Part shown: positions 49,535 through 57,931 of the stretch, piece by piece | How the letters are laid out: each line of letters starts with the position of its first letter | Position numbering within the stretch: the stretch's first letter is position 1 | DNA from: Dehalococcoidia bacterium | GTDB lineage: Bacteria > Chloroflexota > Dehalococcoidia > Lucifugimonadales > Australimonadaceae | DNA length: 64,000 nucleotides | Assembly: GCA_965220225.1 (NCBI GenBank) | Contig: OZ244813.1 | Coordinates: 1,276,594-1,340,593, forward strand | Reading direction: 5' to 3' | Made by a program: the position numbers and the translations under genes | Notes under the pieces: generated by a model | Databases searched by the model: none | Told to the model about the DNA's origin: nothing | What the model saw: only the letters and a program-made list of their open reading frames with translations

Positions 49535-51190
49535 ATGGACGAACACGGCTATTCGACGTTCGACGCGCAAGGCTTCCGGCGACTCGTCCTCTCAGGCGCC
49601 GAGTGCCTGGAGGCCAACGCCGACGCCATCAATGCGCTCAACGTCTTCCCGGTGCCGGACGGCGATACGGGCATCAACATGCTGCTGACGCTCCGCGCGG
49701 CGACGACCGCCGAACTGCCGGATGCGTCGTCTGCCACCGTGGGTGCGATGAGCAGCGCGATCGCGCGCGGAGCGCTGCTCGGCGCTCGTGGCAACAGCGG
49801 CGTCATCTTTTCCCAGTTCATGAAGGGGCTCGCGAGCGGGCTGGCGGACTGTGAGCATGCGGATGGCGCAGCGTTCGCGGGGGCGGTGCGAGCGGCAGCC
49901 GATGCAGGCTACCAGGCCGTCGGCAATCCGGTTGAGGGCACGATGCTGAGCGTGATGCGGGCAGCGGCGGAGGCCGTTCACCCGCCGGATGGCACGGCGG
50001 ACGCGCCGGGTGTGCTGCGTGCGGCCTATGAGGCCGCCGAGCGAGCGCTCGCCTACACGCCCGAGCAACTTCCCGTGCTGAAGCAGGCCGGCGTCGTGGA
50101 CGCGGGCGGGCAGGGAGTCGTTGCGTTCCTCGCGGGCATGGTGAACCTCGTAAGCGAAGAGCCGATAGTCCTGCGCATCACCGCGCCTGAGGGCGGGCTG
50201 GAAAGCGCCGCCGCGAACGTGAGCCACGAGTTCCTCGAGCACACGGAGGAGGAGATGTACGGCTACTGCACGCAGTTCGTCGTGCAGGGCGAAGGGCTCG
50301 ACCCGGACGCGGTGCGCGAGAGCGTGATGAAGATAGCGATGTCAACCGTCGTAGTGGGCGACGACCGTATCGTGCGCGTCCACGCACACGCGGAGGACCC
50401 GGGGCCACTGCTGAGCATTGGCGCGGCGCTCGGCGCCCTCGACCAGATCAACATCCAGAACATGGACCTGCAGCACCAGGAGTTCATGGCCCTCCACGGC
50501 TACGGCGAGGACGCGCCGGAGCAGGCCGAGGCCATGGAACTCGCGGTCATCCCGGTCGCGCCGGGCGACGGCATCGCTCGCGTCTTCCGCAGCCTCGGGT
50601 CGGCTGCCACGGTGTCCGGCGGCCAGACGATGAACCCGAGCGCGGCTGACATCATCGCCGCCGTACAGAGGACGAACGCCGCGTTCACCATCGTGCTGCC
50701 GAACAACAAGAACATCGTGCTCGCGGCGGAGCAGGCCGCGGAACTTTCGGACACGCCCATCGCGGTCGTCCCGTCGCGCAACGTGCCGCAGGGCATGGCG
50801 GCGATGCTGGCGTTCAATCCCGACCTGACGGGCGAGGAGAACGCGGAGGCGATGCGAGGCGCGCTCGACAGCGTGCGGTCGGGCGAGGTTACGACGGCGG
50901 TGCGCTCCACCACGATAGACGGCGTGGACGTCCTGGAGGGGCAGGCGATAGCCATACTCGACGGTGTGCTCGCCGCGGCTGCTGAGGCGCCAAATGAAGC
51001 CCTCGCTGCGATGCTGGATGCCGCGGAACTCGAAGACGGCGCGCTGGTCACCCTCTTCTACGGCGCGGGACTGGCTGTGGAAGCGGCAGAGGAAGCCGCT
51101 GCCGCCGTCGCGGAGCGCCCCGGTGACATCGAGGTGGAAGTGCACGAAGGCGGACAGCCGCACTATCATTACCTCGTCTCCATCGAATAG
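49535..51190 (+). CDS. DAK2 domain protein (fatty acid kinase FakA/YloV-like)
   Basis: INALNVFPVPDGDTG.NM, GARGNSG, YGYCT, GGQTMNPS, GGQPHY. Confidence 0.93.
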   Translation: MDEHGYSTFDAQGFRRLVLSGAECLEANADAINALNVFPVPDGDTGINMLLTLRAATTAELPDASSATVGAMSSAIARGALLGARGNSGVIFSQFMKGLASGLADCEHADGAAFAGAVRAAADAGYQAVGNPVEGTMLSVMRAAAEAVHPPDGTADAPGVLRAAYEAAERALAYTPEQLPVLKQAGVVDAGGQGVVAFLAGMVNLVSEEPIVLRITAPEGGLESAAANVSHEFLEHTEEEMYGYCTQFVVQGEGLDPDAVRESVMKIAMSTVVVGDDRIVRVHAHAEDPGPLLSIGAALGALDQINIQNMDLQHQEFMALHGYGEDAPEQAEAMELAVIPVAPGDGIARVFRSLGSAATVSGGQTMNPSAADIIAAVQRTNAAFTIVLPNNKNIVLAAEQAAELSDTPIAVVPSRNVPQGMAAMLAFNPDLTGEENAEAMRGALDSVRSGEVTTAVRSTTIDGVDVLEGQAIAILDGVLAAAAEAPNEALAAMLDAAELEDGALVTLFYGAGLAVEAAEEAAAAVAERPGDIEVEVHEGGQPHYHYLVSIE

Positions 51191-51210
51191 AGACGGTAAA
51201 GGGGGCAGGC

Positions 51211-52044
51211 ATGGCGGTAAAGGTCGTCACGGACAGCGCATCAGACATACCGGCGGAAGTTGCCGAGGAGCTCGGTATCTCCGTCGTGCCCTGCACGATC
51301 TTCTTCGGGGCGGATGCGTTCAAGGACGGAGTGGAGATCACCAAGGAAGAGTTCTTCCACCGGTTGACTACGGGCGGCGTCATGCCCACCACGACTCAGC
51401 CCTCCGTGGGAGACTTCCTGGACGTTTACAGGCCGCTGGCGGAGGAAGGCCACGACATCGTATCGGTGCACGTATCCGGCAAGCTGAGCGGTACGGTCAA
51501 CTCGGCGCGACTCGCGGCAGGAGAGTTGGCGGGCGCCACGGTGGAGATCGTGGACACGGAGCTCGCGTCGATGGGGGTCGCGCTCGCGGCGAAGGCGGCG
51601 GTGGACGCCGCAGCCGGGGGCGCGGACGCGGCGGCAGCAGCGGAGGCCGCCCGCAGTTCGGCTGCCAGTACCGATGTATTCGTCGTGCCCGACACGCTGG
51701 AGTACCTGAAGCGGGGCGGACGGATCGGGAGCGCGCAGGCGCTGCTGGGCTCGCTGCTGTCCATGAAACCGATACTGAAGCTGGCGGACGGCGAAGTGCA
51801 CCCGCACGAGAAGGTACGCACCAAGGCCAAGGCGGTGCAACGCATGCGCGATATCGCCGCGTCCGGCGGGCCGTACCGCGAGGCGGCGGTCATGCACCGG
51901 GTTACGGACGAGGAAGCGGAGTCGCTGGCCGATCACCTGGCGCAGTTCACGGCGAACCCGGTGTTCAACGGATCGATCGGAGCGTCGATCGGCGCGCACA
52001 CGGGCCCCGGTGTGATCGGCTTCGCGTTGGTGAAAGAGGGATAG
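51211..52044 (+). CDS. DegV family fatty-acid-binding protein (FakB-like)
   Basis: VTDSASD, TTQPS, SGKLSGT, LEYLKRGGRIG, GAHTGPG. Confidence 0.93.
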   Translation: MAVKVVTDSASDIPAEVAEELGISVVPCTIFFGADAFKDGVEITKEEFFHRLTTGGVMPTTTQPSVGDFLDVYRPLAEEGHDIVSVHVSGKLSGTVNSARLAAGELAGATVEIVDTELASMGVALAAKAAVDAAAGGADAAAAAEAARSSAASTDVFVVPDTLEYLKRGGRIGSAQALLGSLLSMKPILKLADGEVHPHEKVRTKAKAVQRMRDIAASGGPYREAAVMHRVTDEEAESLADHLAQFTANPVFNGSIGASIGAHTGPGVIGFALVKEG

Positions 52045-52054
52045 CGCAGAAGCG

Positions 52055-52429
52055 CTAGCCGTCGGGGGCCTCGACGGCGGACTCGACGTGGGTGATCTGC
52101 GCCGGGCCGTCCGGCTGCAGGGTGATGGCCACGAGGTCCACCCGCCATGAAGAGCCGGCGCGCCCGTGCTGGGCCAGGTACTCCTCCGCGGTCCTCACGA
52201 GCCGGGCCTGCTTGCGCTGCGTCAGCGACTCCTCCGGCGTGCCATAGGCCGTGCTGCGCTTCGTCCGCACTTCCACGAATACCGTCTCCGCGCCGTCCCG
52301 GGCGACGAGGTCTACCTCCCCGAAGCGCGTGCGGTAGTTCCGCGTTTCGATGACGAGCCCGAGCGATTCCAGGTGCGCCGCGGCGATGCGTTCGCCCTGC
52401 GCGCCGAGCTTGGAGCGTTCGCTAGGCAT
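52055..52429 (-). CDS. YraN family (UPF0102) protein
   Basis: 'GAQGERIAA.HL', 'NYR...GEVDLV', 'FVEVR', 'RVDLV'. Confidence 0.92.
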   Translation of the reverse strand: MPSERSKLGAQGERIAAAHLESLGLVIETRNYRTRFGEVDLVARDGAETVFVEVRTKRSTAYGTPEESLTQRKQARLVRTAEEYLAQHGRAGSSWRVDLVAITLQPDGPAQITHVESAVEAPDG

Positions 52430-53075
52430 CGGCGAACAGTTTCGGCTTGAACGGAGAGAACGTGAGCCGGTGCACCGGCGTCGGCCCCTTCTCCGCAACC
52501 GCGGCGAGGTGCCGGGCGGAGGCATAGCCCTTGTGCGCGCCGAGGCCGTAACCGGGATAGCGCCTGTCCAGCCGCCGCATGATTCTGTCGCGGTAGACCT
52601 TCGCCACGATCGAAGCGGCGGCGATGGCCGTGCAGAGCGCGTCGCCCTTCACGATGGCGGTGCACGGCTTGCGTCGCCAGTCGAGCGGGAAGGCGTCGAC
52701 GAGCACGTGGTCAGGGGGCTCGGCGAGGCACTCGAGCGCGCGGCGCATCGCGATGCGGGAGGCGGGCGCGATGCCCTCGCTGTCGATCTCCCCGTTGCTC
52801 GCTTCGCCGATGCCGATGGCGACGGCGATCTCGCGAACGAGCCGGTCGGCACGGCGCAGCTCGGCGGGCTTCAGCGTCTTGCTGTCCCGCAGGAGCGGCA
52901 GGTCCTCGTGCTCGAACCCGGTCAGGTCGGGGAGGACGACGGCGCCCGCAACGACCGGCCCGGCGATGGGGCCGCGCCCCACCTCGTCAACGCCGGCGAC
53001 GCGAGCGTAGCCCTCCAGCAGGAGACGGCGCTCCTCGTGCTGCGTGGGGGTGGGGTGTCCGTTCGTCGTCCGGCC
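52422..53075 (-). CDS. rnhB: Ribonuclease HII (no canonical start codon; see findings)
   Basis: AGVDEVGRGPIAGPVVA, DSK, LVDA, KGD, AAASIVAKVYRD, HKGY, HR.TF; frame open back to the mnmA stop. Confidence 0.9.
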   Translation of the reverse strand, partial: GRTTNGHPTPTQHEERRLLLEGYARVAGVDEVGRGPIAGPVVAGAVVLPDLTGFEHEDLPLLRDSKTLKPAELRRADRLVREIAVAIGIGEASNGEIDSEGIAPASRIAMRRALECLAEPPDHVLVDAFPLDWRRKPCTAIVKGDALCTAIAAASIVAKVYRDRIMRRLDRRYPGYGLGAHKGYASARHLAAVAEKGPTPVHRLTFSPFKPKLFADA

Positions 53076-54218
53076 TCAGACGGCAGCCGGTACTCCGGCC
53101 GGGCCGTCGATGTAGCCGCCTCCGAGCACGCGGTCGCCGTCGTAGAACACGGCTGCCTGGCCCGGAGTGATGGCCCGCTGCGGCTCGTCGAACCATAGCA
53201 CCGTGTCGTCGCCGTCGTGGTGCAGGACGGCTGAGGCGGAGCGCCCGTTGTAGCGTATCTTCGCCGACACGCGACAGGCGTCCGCGGGGCGCGCTCCCGC
53301 CACGTAGCGAACGCTGCCGACGCGCACGCCGTGCTGCAGCAGGTCGCGGCTCCCGCCGACGGTGATGCGGCGCGTCTCGGGGTCGACGGCGGTCACGAAG
53401 AGCTTCTCGCCGTCCGGCAGCCCGAGCGCCGACGGCGGAACGCCGATGCCGCGCCGCTGGCCGACGGTGTAGAACTCGATGCCCGGGTGCTCGCCCACCA
53501 CGCGGCCTGCCGCGTCCACGACCTCGCCCGGCTCCGGCGCCGACTCCTTCCGCATGAACCCGCGGTAGTCGCCGCTGGGGATGAAGCAGATCTCCTGGCT
53601 GTCCGCCTTGCCGGCGAGGTGGAAGCCGGCCTCGCTCGCCAGCTCCCGTATCTCGTCCTTGGTGTATCCGCCCACCGGGAGCAGCACGCGCCCCAACTGC
53701 TCCTGGCCGAGGCCGAAGAGCACGTAGGACTGGTCCTTGCCCGCGTCCACGCCCTGCCGGAGCGTCCACGCGCCATCGGCAGCGTCGTGCTCGATGCGGG
53801 CGTAGTGGCCGGTGGCGACGTAGTCGGCGTCCATCATCGCGGCGCGCTGCATCAGGAAGTCGAACTTGATGCGGTCGTTGCAGGCGATGCAGGGATGCGG
53901 GGTGCGCCCGTGTTCGTACTCGCTCACGAAGTAGGCGACGACGTGCTCGCGGAACTCGCGCCTCGCGTCCACGACGTAGTGGGGCACGCCCAGCGTCTGG
54001 CAGACGCGGCGGGCGTCCTCGATGTCCTGGATGGAGCAGCAGCCTTGGTGGTCGGACGATATGTCGTCCTCGTCCGCCGACCAGAGCCGCATCGTGACGC
54101 CGATGACGTCGTAGCCCTGCCGGTGCAGCAGGTACGCGGCGACCGACGAGTCGACGCCGCCCGACATCGCGGTGATGACGCGCTTCCCGCGTTCCGTTGC
54201 GCTGAGACGTACGTCCAT
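53076..54218 (-). CDS. mnmA: tRNA 2-thiouridine synthase
   Basis: SGGVDS, RTPHPCIACN, ATGHY, KDQSY, DSQEICF, TVGQR, TPGQ. Confidence 0.96.
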   Translation of the reverse strand: MDVRLSATERGKRVITAMSGGVDSSVAAYLLHRQGYDVIGVTMRLWSADEDDISSDHQGCCSIQDIEDARRVCQTLGVPHYVVDARREFREHVVAYFVSEYEHGRTPHPCIACNDRIKFDFLMQRAAMMDADYVATGHYARIEHDAADGAWTLRQGVDAGKDQSYVLFGLGQEQLGRVLLPVGGYTKDEIRELASEAGFHLAGKADSQEICFIPSGDYRGFMRKESAPEPGEVVDAAGRVVGEHPGIEFYTVGQRRGIGVPPSALGLPDGEKLFVTAVDPETRRITVGGSRDLLQHGVRVGSVRYVAGARPADACRVSAKIRYNGRSASAVLHHDGDDTVLWFDEPQRAITPGQAAVFYDGDRVLGGGYIDGPAGVPAAV

Positions 54219-54225
54219 ACCCCGT

Positions 54226-54372
54226 TCAACTGAAGAGTTGGACTCCTGCTGCTCCCACGATGACTGTCCCGACGACTACGAGCACCGCTCTGACTTCCCA
54301 TTGCAGGTGCTTGACCTGTTCCTCTATCCGCACGACCCGCTCAGACAACGATGGGTGCTGGTGGTCTTCCAC
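54226..54372 (-). CDS. Small coiled-coil + C-terminal TM protein (48 aa), below ORF-track cutoff
   Basis: GTG start; EDHQHPSLSERVVRIEEQVKHLQWEVRAVLVVVGTVIVGAAGVQLFS*. Confidence 0.5.
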   Translation of the reverse strand: MEDHQHPSLSERVVRIEEQVKHLQWEVRAVLVVVGTVIVGAAGVQLFS

Positions 54373-54377
54373 CTGCT

Positions 54378-54560
54378 CTACCACCGCGCCCACCACTTCA
54401 TCAGCAGCACCAGTGCCACGAGGAACAACGCCCCCAACGCTGCGAACGACAGGAACAGGAGAATAGTATCCCAGTAGGTGACCACGACGGCGAACGCGAG
54501 GACTACCAAGAAGAAGATCACGACTCCCATCGTTATCGCTTCTTCTTCGCGTCTACGCAT
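54378..54560 (-). CDS. Small 2-TM hypothetical protein
   Basis: MGVVIFFLVVLAFAVVVTYWDTILLFLSFAALGALFLVALVLLMKWWARW; start uncertain (54560 or 54530). Confidence 0.5.
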   Translation of the reverse strand: MRRREEEAITMGVVIFFLVVLAFAVVVTYWDTILLFLSFAALGALFLVALVLLMKWWARW

Positions 54561-54754
54561 CGCCGCACCCCTGCGCCTGGGCATCGCTGGACCCCTTCCC
54601 AGCCCCTGATACGAACGGGGCTCAACTACAGGCTAGGCCTCGTATGAGGCACGGTCAATAATCGCCATCCTCCCGCCAACCTCGCAAGGCCCTCGTGTCA
54701 CACTTTCGCGCCCCCCTTCGCGGTCGCTGTGCGCCCCGCCTATAATCTGCCTGC

Positions 54755-55123
54755 ATGGCGACGCAGCAGAGCACACCCCCGGACGCAGGCGCGGCGGCGC
54801 GCAGGGCCGTAGACGCCGCGACAGACAAGCAAGGTTCCAACATCGTGCTGCTGGACGTGCGGGAGGTCTCCGCGTTCGCCGACTACATGGTCGTGCTCAC
54901 GGCCGGCAGCGTCCGCCAACTCAACGCCCTTGCCGAGGACCTCGTCGAGGCCGTGGAGCAGGCGGGGCCTCCGCTGCACCACCGGGAAGGCTCCGCGGAG
55001 TCGGGGTGGGTGCTGCTCGACTTCGGCGACGTGGTGGTCCACGTCTTCAGCGAGGAGCAGCGCGACTTCTATCGCCTGGAGCAGGTGTGGCGGGCGGGCA
55101 GGGAGCTCGTCAGGATTCAGTGA
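54755..55123 (+). CDS. rsfS: Ribosome silencing factor
   Basis: DKQGSNIVLLDV, GWVLLDFGDVVVHVF, RDFYRLEQVW; TATAAT 8 nt upstream. Confidence 0.96.
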   Translation: MATQQSTPPDAGAAARRAVDAATDKQGSNIVLLDVREVSAFADYMVVLTAGSVRQLNALAEDLVEAVEQAGPPLHHREGSAESGWVLLDFGDVVVHVFSEEQRDFYRLEQVWRAGRELVRIQ

Positions 55124-55565
55124 CCCAGGGCTCGACCTCGCGGTCGTAGTCCAGCAGTTCACTGTCTGCGAAGAAGATGGCGAGTTCCCGCTGTGCGGAC
55201 TCCGGCGAGTCGGAGCCGTGGATCAGGTTCCGCCCGATGTCCACCGCCAGGTCGCCGCGTATCGTGCCGGGGTCGGCGTTCTGGGGGTTCGTGGCCCCCA
55301 TCGTCTTGCGGACGACCTCCACGGCATTCTTCCCTTCCACCGCCATGGCGACGATCGGACGGGACATCATGAACGAGGAGAGCCCCGCGAAGAACGGCTT
55401 CTCCACGTGCTCGGCGTAGTGGCGCTGCGCGGTCGGCATGTCCATCTGCATCAGCTTCAGGCCGACTATCTTCAGCCCGCGGTCTTCCAATCGTGAGATG
55501 ATCCTGCCGGCGAGGCCGCGCTGCAGCGCGTCCGGCTTGAGCAGAACGAGAGAACGCTCGAACAA
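55110..55565 (-). CDS. ndk: Nucleoside diphosphate kinase
   Basis: LKPDALQRGL, HYAEH, GTIRGD, NLIHGSDS. Confidence 0.97.
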   Translation of the reverse strand: MFERSLVLLKPDALQRGLAGRIISRLEDRGLKIVGLKLMQMDMPTAQRHYAEHVEKPFFAGLSSFMMSRPIVAMAVEGKNAVEVVRKTMGATNPQNADPGTIRGDLAVDIGRNLIHGSDSPESAQRELAIFFADSELLDYDREVEPWVTES

Positions 55566-55691
55566 GACTGGTTACTCCTTCGTGCCGACCGGAAACGCGG
55601 CCCGGCAGACACACCTGATGATTCACCGTAACAGTGCGGCGGAATCCGTAGCCTACCACACCCGGTGGCCGCTCATAGTCACACCCGGTGA

Positions 55692-55865
55692 CCGCTCATG
55701 GTGAGCCTGTCGAACCACCCGCTCGTTCCCTGCCGGTCTCATTCGGTCTCATTCAGTCCCAAACCACTCCTGCGACCCCTCCTGAGACCCCACCCCGCTC
55801 ATCCTGAGCTTGTCGAAGGACCCAGGTGTGCCATTTGGTGCCATTAAGTGCCATTCCACTCCTGC
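55692..55865. repeat. Two tandem units: REP-like palindrome + three 10-bp repeats + CACTCCTGC
   Basis: CCGCTCATGGTGAGCCTGTCGAACCA..(GGTCTCATTC)2 AGTCCCAAAC CACTCCTGC; CCGCTCATCCTGAGCTTGTCGAAGGA..(GTGCCATT)3 CACTCCTGC. Confidence 0.7.
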
Positions 55866-55939
55866 ACGCGCTTGGCGCGCCCCCCGCCTGCCGGGGCAGG
55901 CCCGCCGACGCCGCCCGCCGGGGCGGAGCGCCGTCACCG

Positions 55940-55988
55940 GCCAGCGTACGCGCCCCTGCCGCGACCGCGAAAGGGGCGCGTGTCACAC
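55940..55988 (-). promoter_or_regulatory. Copy B of the 49-bp conserved promoter block
   Basis: GTGTGACACGCGCCCCTT..N..CGCGTACGCTGGC with identical spacing to 12421-12469 and 57542-57590. Confidence 0.7.
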
Positions 55989-55997
55989 GTTCGACCC

Positions 55998-56085
55998 CGT
56001 CATTCCCGCGAAGGCGGGAATCCAGTGACTTGTCAGGCCATGCGGTAGGGTGGGTCCGAGGAGGCCGTCATGCTGAGCGAAGCGA
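55998..56085. repeat. REP-like palindromes
   Basis: CGTCATTCCCGCGAAGGCGGGAATCCAG and GTCATGCTGAGCGAAGCGA. Confidence 0.65.
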
Positions 56086-56099
56086 GGGGCACCGGTTGG

Positions 56100-56252
56100 C
56101 TATTTGCGGAGCACCATCCCTGCAAAAGCGCCAAGCGGCGCTCCAGCGAATAAACCCCATCCGATGGCAGCCAGAATTGACACACCTAGTAAGGCCGCTG
56201 CGAAGCCGATAAGGATCCCACCAGCAATCGAGCCAACTGCTACAAAGTCCAT
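56100..56252 (-). CDS. Small Gly-rich membrane protein (50 aa)
   Basis: Strong RBS GGAAAGGGGAG; hydrophobic GxxxG-rich sequence. Confidence 0.55.
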   Translation of the reverse strand: MDFVAVGSIAGGILIGFAAALLGVSILAAIGWGLFAGAPLGAFAGMVLRK

Positions 56253-56450
56253 GGTCTCCCCTTTCCTACTACCTGCTGTGCTAACAGGCAGGCTCTTCCC
56301 CATAGACGGTATATAGTACCACTGATGGGAGAGGATTACTAGTGCGTTGGGAGTTATCCCGGTGTCTACGCAGAATCACTCGTAACTGAGACTTCGGGGC
56401 ACTCGCTGCATAGGGGGTAGCCTCTCCACCATTGTCCTTGGGAGGTGCCC

Positions 56451-56666
56451 ATGGCACACGCCATACGGAATCATATTGCGATTGCGTTCTGGAGCTTCGC
56501 CGTAGCTTGCCTGATGCTGGTCATCGGCATGTTGGCCGACCTACTCGTTACGGAGTCGAGGATAGCGTACGGGGTTGCGATTGGACTGACGGTCCTGTCG
56601 GTTGGCCGTCTCTTCGACGCGCACGCGGCGGAGCAGCATCACAAACGCATGATGGATCTGAACTAA
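56451..56666 (+). CDS. Small 2-TM hypothetical protein
   Basis: GGGAGG RBS; two hydrophobic helices. Confidence 0.55.
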   Translation: MAHAIRNHIAIAFWSFAVACLMLVIGMLADLLVTESRIAYGVAIGLTVLSVGRLFDAHAAEQHHKRMMDLN

Positions 56667-56688
56667 GCGTCGCTGGGGGTATGGTTGG

Positions 56689-57039
56689 TTACCCCGGCAG
56701 GTTCACTTGGATCGGGGCTGCATTGGGATGGGTGCCGATGAGTGGCTGGAATCGGTTCGCTAGGTACACTTCCACGCCATCTCGTAGCGTCTCAGGCACA
56801 GAAGCCCACGTAACGAGAAGTTCGCCATACTGACGGTAGGCCAAGACCTCTGAACCAGATCTGCGGTGGTATGCAATCCTGTCGGCCACGTCTCCTTTGC
56901 CGACATAGACGACGTTCGTACCCTCCCGGTGCACGCCCATCCAGATGACGTACACCCCCTGGGCGGTAACGGAGCTGAGATTCACTCTCTCCAAAGCACA
57001 CCACACATCACTCTCGCACCGCACCCAGGCCAACTCCAT
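56689..57039 (-). CDS. GIY-YIG-like nuclease-fold protein
   Basis: GVYVIW...VYVGKG..DRIAYH...GVE pattern; GGAGG RBS. Confidence 0.65.
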   Translation of the reverse strand: MELAWVRCESDVWCALERVNLSSVTAQGVYVIWMGVHREGTNVVYVGKGDVADRIAYHRRSGSEVLAYRQYGELLVTWASVPETLRDGVEVYLANRFQPLIGTHPNAAPIQVNLPG

Positions 57040-57140
57040 CTGTTACCTCCGCTATGGCGTTGCGCAGTGTATGGGCGCCCTCGTACTCAGTCAATGTATT
57101 GACCTACGTCTGGGTGGCACGTAGGCTTCGGCCCGCCAGA

Positions 57141-57518
57141 ATGCCGAACATCACGAAACCCGGCCGCTTCCTCATCCTTCTGACGGTACTCATCGTCGTG
57201 GCCTTCTTCTTGGTATCATTAGAGGTACCAGAAGATGTAGGCGGCCTCCGTGCACAAGTACTGTACGTCTGGAGGGAGGCTGAGCCGCTAGTAGTCGTGT
57301 CGGCAGTCGTGGCTCTAATCGTTGTGGAGGGATGGTCCATGCTCGCAGAGAAGTACTTGAGGGAACGCTACCGCAAGGGACGCGAGGAAGGACGCGAGGA
57401 AGAACGCAAGGCGTGGCGGGAGTGGAACGACAGGCGTATTCTGGCCGAGAGAAGTGGGCGACCCTTCACTGAGCCACCCCCCAGCAACCAAGAGGACCCT
57501 AAGCCTCCTGACCGGTAG
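57141..57518 (+). CDS. Hypothetical membrane protein with 'GREEGREE..W.EW..RR..AE..G.PF.EPPP' tail
   Basis: Two TMs followed by a charged helical tail; start uncertain. Confidence 0.6.
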   Translation: MPNITKPGRFLILLTVLIVVAFFLVSLEVPEDVGGLRAQVLYVWREAEPLVVVSAVVALIVVEGWSMLAEKYLRERYRKGREEGREEERKAWREWNDRRILAERSGRPFTEPPPSNQEDPKPPDR

Positions 57519-57541
57519 GGGTGGGTGGATATTAGGCAATC

Positions 57542-57830
57542 TCCTGACACCCGCCCCTTACCCCATCGCCCCCTCACCGCGTACGCTGGCTGCATGACCG
57601 TCGTACGGACAGCAGCCATAGGCAGCGTCTATAGCTCGGGGCCCAGCCATAGACAGGGCCTATGGGTCGGCATTGCACACCCCTCATCGGTGCTGCGGTT
57701 GAACGGAAGAACGCGGAAGCAGGCCACGGCCTTGCCGATCAACCGCTCGACGAGCCGGATGCGCCCTGCGTTCACTCGTGAGAGCGAGCGGATAAAGCGG
57801 GCGGTTGAACACGGGAACGACGGGGGGCAC
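57542..57830 (+). repeat. Copy C of the dispersed promoter-bearing non-coding element
   Basis: Homologous to the reverse complement of 12165-12469 (promoter block, two palindromes, GGAAGCAGGCCACGGCCTTGC at 57715-57735). Confidence 0.75.
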
Positions 57831-57920
57831 CCGAGAGATGTTCGACTCCGCCTCCGGCTACGCTCAACATGACCCTTCGACAAGCTCAGGATGAGCGGGA
57901 GGTCTGCAGGATGAGCGGGG
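57831..57920. repeat. REP-like palindromes
   Basis: CCGAGAGATGTTCGACTCCG..CGCTCAACATGAC (relative at 61748-61791) and CCTTCGACAAGCTCAGGATGAGCGGG (exact inverse of 55794-55819). Confidence 0.75.
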
Positions 57921-57931
57921 ATCGAGGGCGG

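Noticed and set aside
53040..53078. mnmA UGA as a selenocysteine codon
   Set aside because: It lies in a linker after the natural MnmA C-terminus, not at a conserved Cys, and no SECIS-like hairpin follows
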